A stretch of DNA of 32,000 nucleotides from Nanobdellota archaeon (GTDB lineage: Archaea > Nanobdellota > Nanobdellia > Pacearchaeales > GW2011-AR1): assembly GCA_030641715.1 (NCBI GenBank), contig DAOWGX010000010.1:1819-33818 (forward strand), given 5' to 3'. The position numbers and the translations under genes are program-made. The notes beneath the pieces were generated by a model that ran no database searches, was not told the origin of the DNA, and saw only the letters and a program-made list of their open reading frames with translations. Shown one piece after another: positions 26,301 to 32,000 of this stretch. Within the stretch, counting starts at the first letter, position 1; the number at the start of each line of letters is the position of its first letter.

Positions 26301-29300
26301 TAAGTGGCAAGAGTCTTCAGAAATATAGAATGGGTCATAATAAATATCCCAAGAACCATCAATCACTTCATCACAAACAGAATAACAATTATCATCATCA
26401 ACCTTCTCCCACCTATAATACGTTTCATACACCCCAGAATCGTGAATCTCATCACCATCATCTGCACTTAAAGTAATAGGTGTATTTTGAGTTATCCATT
26501 TTGAAGTTCCATCAGTATAAAATGGCAATCCATACGTTTTAGTCGTCACAGGTTTAGTATGGTCAACATAAAAATCAGCCTCGTTAACTAATTCCTCATT
26601 CCCAAGTCTGTCCACACAATAATACTCTAATTCGTGATGCGATTCTTCAGGGAATACAAACGGACCGCCATAATTAGTCCACGCATTCCAATTACCTTCA
26701 TCAACCCTATATCTAAACTTTATGTATTCCCAACCAACTGGATGAGGACCAAGGTCTTCACACTCTAAGATTAATTCAGTCACTCCGTCGATATAAAATT
26801 TACCCTCATTTTCATATGTAGGTCCATCAAACTCATGCTCCGACTCAGGAGGCAAAGTATCAACAACATCATATTCCATTCTTTCAACAACATTCCCTAG
26901 TGAATCTTCACACCAATAATACAATGTGTGCCAGCAATCTTCTGTATAAGTGAAAGTAATCTCATTACCATGATGCGAATTATATCCTTCTAAGGGAGCC
27001 CTTCCTCCTTCTTGATTATTCCACCAATCCCAGTACCAATAAATCGTAACATCATCAACTGGATGCGGATTTTGATCATAACAAGTCAAAGTAATCTCAG
27101 TTTTATCGGTCATATACCAACATTGGTCATCCACTATCGGACCATCACCACAAGTCGTCGTAGTAATCCCATTTACAACATTAACTTCATCACAATCAAT
27201 TCTCGGCTCACCAACCGTCTTAATTATTTCCGGCTCCGTATTATCAACCGCATCAATTTCTATTTGTTCTATTTCCGTATTTCCTAATTTATCAACACAA
27301 TAATAAACCAATTTATGACACGAATCATAAAGATCACTTATTTCTACATGACCATCATCCTCTACACCATATCTAATTGGTTCAAAACTCCAATCCGGAT
27401 CAACACATTCCTCACTCCAAAACACTTCCCAATAAAGAACTTCTCCACCAATCGGATGAGGTTCCTGATCCTGACAATCAAGAATTATTGTAGTATCTTC
27501 GGTGATATATTTGTGTATTGGACTACCATCACCACCAACCTGAGGACCCTCAATAGTCTTAGTCGTTACAGGAGCCTTCCCATCAATAACATCCAACTCC
27601 CAATAATGCTCACTCGAATAACCGCAATCATCAACCGCCCAGTATTCCACTAAGTGGTATGAGTCTCCTGTTAACGTAAATGTAATATCCTCATTAGCCA
27701 TACTATGCCCTGACGCATTTAGTTCCCAATCATTCGGGTCTTGACTTGGACCTAAATCGTTTTTGTCACTCCAATAAACATTGTAATGTATCACTACATC
27801 TCCTGCAAATTCGTGATCATCAACAAACGTTGAGTCGTCTGCAGAAAGGCGCACCTGAGTTCCTGACTTTACGAATTGACAGGGATAGATTGAGTTCAGA
27901 TTATGACCCATTGCCGAATCCCATTGACACCCAAACGAAACATCCTCAAACAGCAAAAGCTCCTTGTAAACAAGAGGCGCTTTTGTATCCTTAATAAAAG
28001 AATATCCAAAATTCTGCCCATAAACCTTACCCCAATTTTCAACAACATCCTTCCCTCTTATTTGGTTAATATAATGTGTCCCTTCTCCCAATCCATCAAA
28101 ATCACTCTGGTCTATCTGCCCACTTAAATCAGCACAATGCCACCCACCGTCATAATACTGGCCAGGAGGCGATAGAACACTCAACCAATAACCAGACCAT
28201 GGAGCAGGAACGGACATAGGAGGTATTAACATATTCAAGAAGAATTCCCCGCCTTGAATATCTGACTGAGAATCACAGATTGTCACATACAACATTGGAT
28301 TATCTCCACAAATTAAAGATTCATCCGGATCTTCAACATCATTAAGGGATACATCATAAATTAATTCCGGAGGCCACGTATCCGATTCATAATAATAACA
28401 AACACAATCCCCCCAAATACCTTGCTCATCTTGTCCTTGCATACATATTCTATTAGAACCATCTTCAAAAAATTCAACATCTCCTGCTTCAACATATTCT
28501 CTTAATTCATCTAAACCGAAACTTCCATCAGTTGGATAAATTTCAGTTCCCGTTCCAGGAGTTCCACAGTCTACAGAACCTGAATGTCTCAAAAAATATT
28601 CAGCAGTTCGAATTGGAGAACACCCATCTTCTACAGTAGCAGTAACATTAAAAACACCATTATTATACATCGGGCCTACTAACAAATCAAATATGCTTGG
28701 ACCTTCCTTATCCACAAAATCATTATAACAAACACCCTCATTATCACAAGTATCTACAGTACAACTATCACCATCATCACAGTCAGAATCAGCATCACAA
28801 ATCAAGGCATTAAATCCAACGCAATAGAAATTACCATTATTATTAGAAAGATCCTCTTTTATATAATCATAATTATCATAATTTAAAACGTCCCCATCAC
28901 AATAAAACTCAGCAGTCACATCATCCTGCAAACTATTACTAAAAGAATGATAAGCAGGATCTACTTTCTCACGAAACCAAACTGTCCCATCATCAGCATT
29001 ATATATAGTAATAGCACTACCAGAATCAAAAGAAGTCCAACCATCTGGAACTCCTAAAGCATTATCATCAGGCTTATCTCCATCAAATCTCCATTGAAAA
29101 TCCCATTCTGCTATTCTACAATTACCTGAACTAGCACCTACATAATTAGAAGCAGTGTTAAAATCAATATGAGGACCAGACTCTCCGCCCCAGTTAGGCA
29201 AATCAGACTCACTATTACAAACCACCTTATCAGCTCTAACAGTTATACATGGCTGACAATCCGGATCATCGCAATCAACAAGATCATCGCAATCATCATC

Positions 29301-29429
29301 AACATCATTGCCACAAATTTCAGAAACAGGAACACAACCATCACCAGTACCACTAACAATCCCCGTCGACAAAACACAAACAAATAACACTAAGAAAAAA
29401 ACTAAACTAGTAGATTTCGTGAATCTCAT
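23304..29429 (-). CDS. Giant secreted surface/adhesin-like protein (2041 aa) with Cys/Asp-rich repeats, six Ig-like PHP/GN modules and a C-terminal lamin-tail domain
   Basis: The single 6.1-kb ORF opens with a signal peptide. CGNDVDDDCDDLVDCDDPDC and CDDGIDNDLDGDVD are MopE/thrombospondin-3-like motifs. Six modules of roughly 115-125 aa (about 25560-27600) carry C.D..PHP, YW.W and H..EY.C.D..GNEE. The lamin-tail pattern is KINEFVANPVSGNDWVELYNNGSSSVDLSGWRL (about 23340-23705). Confidence 0.85.
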   Translation of the reverse strand: MRFTKSTSLVFFLVLFVCVLSTGIVSGTGDGCVPVSEICGNDVDDDCDDLVDCDDPDCQPCITVRADKVVCNSESDLPNWGGESGPHIDFNTASNYVGASSGNCRIAEWDFQWRFDGDKPDDNALGVPDGWTSFDSGSAITIYNADDGTVWFREKVDPAYHSFSNSLQDDVTAEFYCDGDVLNYDNYDYIKEDLSNNNGNFYCVGFNALICDADSDCDDGDSCTVDTCDNEGVCYNDFVDKEGPSIFDLLVGPMYNNGVFNVTATVEDGCSPIRTAEYFLRHSGSVDCGTPGTGTEIYPTDGSFGLDELREYVEAGDVEFFEDGSNRICMQGQDEQGIWGDCVCYYYESDTWPPELIYDVSLNDVEDPDESLICGDNPMLYVTICDSQSDIQGGEFFLNMLIPPMSVPAPWSGYWLSVLSPPGQYYDGGWHCADLSGQIDQSDFDGLGEGTHYINQIRGKDVVENWGKVYGQNFGYSFIKDTKAPLVYKELLLFEDVSFGCQWDSAMGHNLNSIYPCQFVKSGTQVRLSADDSTFVDDHEFAGDVVIHYNVYWSDKNDLGPSQDPNDWELNASGHSMANEDITFTLTGDSYHLVEYWAVDDCGYSSEHYWELDVIDGKAPVTTKTIEGPQVGGDGSPIHKYITEDTTIILDCQDQEPHPIGGEVLYWEVFWSEECVDPDWSFEPIRYGVEDDGHVEISDLYDSCHKLVYYCVDKLGNTEIEQIEIDAVDNTEPEIIKTVGEPRIDCDEVNVVNGITTTTCGDGPIVDDQCWYMTDKTEITLTCYDQNPHPVDDVTIYWYWDWWNNQEGGRAPLEGYNSHHGNEITFTYTEDCWHTLYYWCEDSLGNVVERMEYDVVDTLPPESEHEFDGPTYENEGKFYIDGVTELILECEDLGPHPVGWEYIKFRYRVDEGNWNAWTNYGGPFVFPEESHHELEYYCVDRLGNEELVNEADFYVDHTKPVTTKTYGLPFYTDGTSKWITQNTPITLSADDGDEIHDSGVYETYYRWEKVDDDNCYSVCDEVIDGSWDIYYDPFYISEDSCHLIEYYSVDNVEKTEVVNRQCIFVDTQAPETVKTVGEPKIPLLEQLDIYYDEGWLVNGSTEITFDCNDVDPHPVNDVTMYWRWKYSEFGEVWTDWSENIIYDGSPITFSESSYHMIEYWCVDALGNEEEHTFELDAVDLTPPESWKEIGEPSILIDPDCNPQEEICDYWITQGTGISLFCEDIGPHPSGVDEIFWRYDLDGEGFGDWMVYGNPITFGEDSNHTLEWYCVDNFGNEEAVRSELDVVDTQGPNVTRKFARVNDGEIIKGGSVGDEVVIAITSDDTIKLCAEVVDLKETGDAGVGILEVWYQFIGLDDPGLVWDPSENAYCVVKNGDEIRECGGDCGWWRFEVYGIDLLGNVGEQTNGLEIIVDNVPPMGVVLNPHAGNYYRDGVPFQVYAPAVDFGGDSCSMCYYGYEDDCPASGVDYCDLYAIDYDFEGMNQDEIKECYRDLWTYFQQVGANPNVVYLGQVPYEDGVCKGTVALPEEGDLGYIEMTDTVFLGIDYVDKAGNQGNELFGYHLQLALNPWFSPITMNIDNDGPLVSVIGSNLPGPLTSSGDGDNVFIEAEVIEYASGFDGCWAEVYYTDGLGELGGYVGVADLEGTKVDFDSCRINKPLSDGLESGDYLLKIIARDEKFNIGSVVVPMIVDNTRPTMSVVSPAEEEVYGIMFPVSLNVEDSQSPIADETVMFRINSESPGFWNIWCIFGTCEDTGWIALTKQANGLYADTVNLTEHGITGDKGTYYLGAYACDNLYEPCEDSGCNDGLGWLDTDRNKHHCKSILDAEEELRFACDDGIDNDLDGDVDSSEDRGCYSSEDDDEESVCGNGYVEEGEDCEDDGDCGEGFSCGGCICHEQGQSNSSGGGGCSSLIKINEFVANPVSGNDWVELYNNGSSSVDLSGWRLNDSGSEMESLSGSIAVGGFVVVDVSNRLNQGGDAIKLIDSYGFIIDEVTYGTGAFDAPVPYGANSTGRSPDGQDTDVDSADFYIFTSLTQGNSNPVFI

Positions 29430-29450
29430 AAGAGTTTGAGAAACCGTTTG

Positions 29451-29458
29451 TTTATAAA
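29451..29458 (-). promoter_or_regulatory. TATA box (TTTATAAA) for the giant-protein operon
   Basis: Box centre is 25.5 nt upstream of ATG 29429. Confidence 0.5.
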
Positions 29459-29622
29459 TATTATTATTACCGAAGCTATATCTCGAAGATTTATAGGATT
29501 ACTTTGGAGTGACTAATCTAAAGCACAATATACAACATAACAAAAGAATAAGACCTACAACATCTTGATAAAAACCAAACTCGCAAAAATTCCCAAAAAC
29601 TCAATCCGCTTATCTCCGGTTC

Positions 29623-29853
29623 TCAGCTTCCAGCCCTCTTCAACAAACCATACCGAACCATTCCCTCATAAGTTTTCTCCTTAACCTTCTCGACATTCGG
29701 ATTCGCATAATCTTCATTATTATCCTTAAACCAACCCCTATCATAAAGATTTTCCATAAACAATTCATCAAACCTTTCCTTCTCCTCTCCATCTAACGCA
29801 TCAATCTCTCTCATCGTATCCTCATCCACTACATCCTTAAGAGATTTTTCCAT
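29623..29853 (-). CDS. Small acidic hypothetical protein (76 aa)
   Basis: The start is moved from the GTG at 29859 to ATG 29853, 26.5 nt from the TATA-like box at 29876-29883. Confidence 0.45.
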   Translation of the reverse strand: MEKSLKDVVDEDTMREIDALDGEEKERFDELFMENLYDRGWFKDNNEDYANPNVEKVKEKTYEGMVRYGLLKRAGS

Positions 29854-29875
29854 AAACACCCTACCAACAAAAGGT

Positions 29876-29883
29876 ATTTAAAA
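29876..29883 (-). promoter_or_regulatory. TATA box (TTTTAAAT on minus strand)
   Basis: Box centre is 26.5 nt upstream of ATG 29853. Confidence 0.4.
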
Positions 29884-29902
29884 TTATCCGAAAAATATTA
29901 CT

Positions 29903-29961
29903 ACCCAACCATAGCATGCCCCAACCTATTCTTTAATATATGTGTGAGGGCACAACAAAAC
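29903..29961 (+). repeat. 59-nt direct repeat D (contains the bipartite core GCCCCAACC-N16-TGTGAGGG)
   Basis: 57/59 identical to 31564-31622. The core is at 29918-29950. Confidence 0.85.
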
Positions 29962-30096
29962 AATTAATCCAAACTTTACAATTTTAAAAATCCTAAGCAA
30001 CAACTAACTTACTCCGTTTCGGACAAACAAAAAGCATCATTCACGAAAACAAAAAACCAACCGCCCAAAACAAAAGTAATTACAATAGTAATATTT

Positions 30097-30126
30097 AAAA
30101 ACTGCTTCTACTTATAATAAGTAGAA
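30097..30126 (-). terminator. Hairpin plus T5 downstream of the tRNA-like gene
   Basis: Perfect palindrome TTCTACTTAT-A-ATAAGTAGAA (30106-30126), followed on the minus strand by GCAG and TTTTT (30097-30101). Confidence 0.4.
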
Positions 30127-30132
30127 TATTAA

Positions 30133-30203
30133 TGGACGTGCCGGGAATATAACCCGGATTGAAACCGTTTCAGAGTATTGTACTAACATTGTACGACACG
30201 CCC
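30133..30203 (-). tRNA. Non-canonical tRNA-like gene, anticodon GAA (Phe), with a G3.U70 pair
   Basis: 71-nt cloverleaf. Acceptor stem is GGGCGTG/CACGTCC, followed by U8. D arm is GTAC-AATGTTA-GTAC. Anticodon arm is ATACT-CTGAAAC-GGTTT (U33, GAA, A37; one U.U and one G.U). Variable loop is CAAT. T arm is CCGGG-TTATATT-CCCGG (G53-C61, U54, U55, A58). Discriminator is A73 and there is no encoded CCA. It lacks G18G19 and C56. A TATA box lies 28.5 nt upstream and a hairpin with T5 lies downstream. Confidence 0.5.
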
Positions 30204-30227
30204 ATTAATATGCCTAATTTTTCAATC

Positions 30228-30235
30228 TTTATAAA
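30228..30235 (-). promoter_or_regulatory. TATA box (TTTATAAA) for the tRNA-like gene
   Basis: Box centre is about 28.5 nt upstream of predicted tRNA nucleotide 1 (30203). Confidence 0.45.
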
Positions 30236-30383
30236 CATTAAGAATTAAATCGATATTCATCCCTTACACTTTTTCGATATTCAGCGTTGATAAAAAATCG
30301 TTCATGAAACCATCAAAACTCCTCGCTCGTCCCTCGCTCCCAACTCCCCCTCCAATATCTCCCTCAAAACCCCAAGCATTACG

Positions 30384-30483
30384 TTCCTGCCCAAATACTC
30401 AAAAAAATAACTAAATTCCTGCCGAAATGATTCACTAAATTATCCTCACCGAGAATAAAAAGAAATAATCTTCCTGTCCAAAT
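30384..30483 (+). repeat. Three 13-nt direct repeats TTCCTGYCSAAAT upstream of Fic gene 2
   Basis: Copies lie at 30384-30396, 30416-30428 and 30471-30483. The last abuts the Fic2 TATA box. A separate 10-nt repeat TCGATATTCA lies at 30250-30259 and 30274-30283. Confidence 0.6.
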
Positions 30484-30490
30484 GGTAAAG

Positions 30491-30498
30491 TATTTAAA
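30491..30498 (+). promoter_or_regulatory. TATA box (TATTTAAA) for Fic gene 2
   Basis: Box centre is about 25 nt upstream of ATG 30520. Confidence 0.5.
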
Positions 30499-30519
30499 CT
30501 ATCACTCCTTAAAATAATC

Positions 30520-31464
30520 ATGGCATCAATTGAAGAAAGCAAGAAAGGGACGAACACCTACCTTTCCTTCGCAAAGAAACTAACTTTTATGAACAAACAG
30601 TTTCTCTATAAAAAACATATCGGAAGAAAAATCAAGAATATATCCAAAGAAGAATATATCTTAGACAATTTAAAAGAAATAGTCGAATCAGAATTTGAAT
30701 TTAGAAAAAAGTATTTAGACCAAATAAAAAACAAACTATCCCATAATAAAAACCTACCTGAAAGAATAGAAAAAAAAGCCATAGAGATAATTAATCTGCA
30801 GGAAGGTAATAAATATCCGGAAGCGATAAATTCTGATTTCTCAATTAAATTTATTTATAATTCTAATAATATTGAAGGTTCAAAATTGCCCGAAGAAGAA
30901 GTAAAAAAAATTGTTAAACTTGGAAAAACTAATTATAAAAATGAAAACGAAGCTCGAGAAGCTTTCAATTCGATTGACGCTTTTAATTATCTGGATGACT
31001 TTAATTTTAATATCCCTTCTGTTAAAAGACTCTACAACATCTTAACGAAAAATCTTATAATGGAAAACGGAAACCCCTACCCTAAAGGTTTCAAAAAAAT
31101 AAACGTGATTGTAAACAATTCTCAAACAACACCTCCTGAAAAAGTTGAAAAAGAACTCTATGAATTACTGGACTGGTACAAAAAGAACAGGGGGAAAATT
31201 CATCCGATAATTTTAGCGTTGGACTTTCATTTAAGATATGAACAAATTCATCCATTTAGAGATTGTAATGGCAGAACGGGCAGGATGATTATGAATAAAA
31301 TTTTGATGCAGAATCGATATCCCCCAATAATTGTCTACAAAGAAAATAAATCTGCCTATTTTAATTCAATAGCAAAAGCAAACGAAGGTAACAAGAAAAA
31401 ATATTACCAGTTTATGTTAGAACAGGCCGATAAAAGTTATGATTATATTCGGGAACTTTTTTGA
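30520..31464 (+). CDS. Fic-domain protein, class II-like with an intact catalytic motif
   Basis: HPFRDCNGRTGR matches HPFx(D/E)GNGRxxR except that Gly is replaced by Cys. The upstream SNNIEG fits the inhibitory (S/T)xxxE(G/N) helix motif. Confidence 0.85.
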   Translation: MASIEESKKGTNTYLSFAKKLTFMNKQFLYKKHIGRKIKNISKEEYILDNLKEIVESEFEFRKKYLDQIKNKLSHNKNLPERIEKKAIEIINLQEGNKYPEAINSDFSIKFIYNSNNIEGSKLPEEEVKKIVKLGKTNYKNENEAREAFNSIDAFNYLDDFNFNIPSVKRLYNILTKNLIMENGNPYPKGFKKINVIVNNSQTTPPEKVEKELYELLDWYKKNRGKIHPIILALDFHLRYEQIHPFRDCNGRTGRMIMNKILMQNRYPPIIVYKENKSAYFNSIAKANEGNKKKYYQFMLEQADKSYDYIRELF

Positions 31465-31563
31465 ATTAAAAGACAAACTCCTTGCCCCATTGCCTTCAGA
31501 GTTCCCAATTCTCAGACCGTTCACCCCGTTCGCTCTCATTCCTTTCCCCTTCGCCTAACTCTC

Positions 31564-31622
31564 ACCCAACCATAGCCTGCCCCAACCTATTCTTTAATAT
31601 ATGTGTGAGGGTACAACAAAAC
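31564..31622 (+). repeat. 59-nt direct repeat E
   Basis: 57/59 identical to 29903-29961. The core is at 31579-31611. Confidence 0.85.
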
Positions 31623-31704
31623 TTATATCTCCCAACACCTCATAAAATACATAACCAAAACTTAAAAATAAAAATAAAAAAGAGGAACAAGGTCCTCATT
31701 AAAT

Positions 31705-32000
31705 TTATGTATAAAACCCAAGACCAGCTGGAGACATAGACTTATACGCGACCTCATGACCCCCTTCGCACGGATCATTCGTAAACTCTTGTATTGTCGC
31801 AAAAGCTCCCCAAATCACAGGACCAATTTCAACACCATCTACGGTATACCAAACACTTTCACTCTTGTAAGCATCTTCTGGCACCGCAACAATTTTCACA
31901 AAAGATTCATATTTACAAATTTCTCCGTCTTGTTCATATATTCCTCTCTCATGATTAGTTAACCAAGCCCCATAACAACCAGAATTCACAGGATTATTTG
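31705..32000 (-). CDS. Hypothetical protein, 5' end beyond the window
   Basis: The reading frame stays open upstream of the GTG reported at 31989, through to the window edge. No motif recognised. Confidence 0.4.
   Translation of the reverse strand, partial: NNPVNSGCYGAWLTNHERGIYEQDGEICKYESFVKIVAVPEDAYKSESVWYTVDGVEIGPVIWGAFATIQEFTNDPCEGGHEVAYKSMSPAGLGFYT

Larger units (their letters stand above)
29903..31622. mobile_element. Candidate cassette bounded by 59-nt direct repeats, carrying a tRNA-like gene and Fic gene 2
   Basis: The direct repeats are 1661 nt apart. Two divergent transcription units lie inside, each with its own TATA box. No recombinase is present in the window. Confidence 0.35.

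Noticed and set aside
23560-29387. Many plus-strand ORFs inside the giant gene, for example 25158-25775 (205 aa), 24744-25082, 27012-27287 and 27315-27653.
   Set aside because: They lie antisense to a continuous 6.1-kb ORF with clear domain content. Their translations are low-complexity and rich in I/N/T/S/P, as expected for the reverse complement of Asp/Glu/Gly-rich coding sequence. None has a TATA box at the characteristic distance.
30079-30092. The 14-mer ATTACAATAGTAAT is shared with the putative RHH operator at 21905-21918.
   Set aside because: A rough composition-based estimate suggests on the order of tens of chance 14-mer matches within an AT-rich 32-kb window on both strands. The match alone is therefore not significant.
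30133-30203. Plus-strand reading of the tRNA-like region as a structured RNA.
   Set aside because: On the plus strand the first hairpin follows the closing stem with no nucleotides at positions 8-9. The central hairpin has a 3-nt loop and the third arm has only 4 bp. The minus-strand reading gives standard tRNA arm lengths and conserved positions, and it has a promoter and a terminator.
6931-31611. Whether the GCCCCAACC...TGTGAGGG copies could be CRISPR repeats or box C/D sRNA genes.
   Set aside because: The copies are dispersed (two are 42 nt apart, the others kilobases apart), so they do not form a regularly spaced array. No RUGAUGA/CUGA box pairs are present.
31482-31739. 85-aa plus-strand ORF downstream of Fic gene 2.
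   Set aside because: It runs through the C-rich spacer and repeat E, its product is Ser/Pro-rich low complexity, and it has no ATG with a properly spaced TATA box. It is more likely non-coding.
23304-32000. Diversity-generating retroelement targeting the surface proteins.
   Set aside because: There is no reverse transcriptase gene, and I found no template/variable repeat pair (a duplicate of about 100 nt with adenine-specific mismatches) in the window.

Overview
AT-rich, very gene-dense segment that reads as archaeal, probably a small-genome DPANN-like lineage. The evidence is short archaeal-type TyrRS and TrpRS, a ThrRS with the archaeal N-terminal editing domain, Elp3, a single-domain KaiC/RadA-like ATPase, and TATA boxes about 26 nt upstream of ATG starts (leaderless mRNAs). 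The left part (1-20.3 kb) is mostly housekeeping: thrC, htpX, trxB, tyrS, trpS, thrS, elp3, a PP-loop enzyme, Nudix, HAD and a methyltransferase. Secreted or envelope proteins are interspersed: a SleB-like wall hydrolase, an OMP-like beta-barrel and a receptor with a degenerate class III cyclase domain. The right part (20.3-32 kb) is accessory. It holds two Fic genes, each bracketed by direct repeats; one sits in a duplicated elp3 3' end and the other shares its cassette with an unusual tRNA-like gene. It also holds a GNAT/RHH/PIN cluster and a two-gene operon with a 2041-aa cysteine- and acid-rich surface protein ending in a lamin-tail domain. Three things stand out. First, a short bipartite repeat (GCCCCAACC-N14-17-TGTGAGGG) occurs five times, including inside two ORFs in different reading frames. 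Second, the two repeat-flanked Fic cassettes. Third, a promoter- and terminator-equipped tRNA-like gene with anticodon GAA and a G3.U70 pair. An uncharacterised CYTH-like two-gene operon shares one palindromic TATA box with a wHTH/degenerate-Nudix regulator. No rRNA, CRISPR array, transposase or integrase was seen. All motif calls, folds and distances are hand-derived from the sequence and need computational confirmation.
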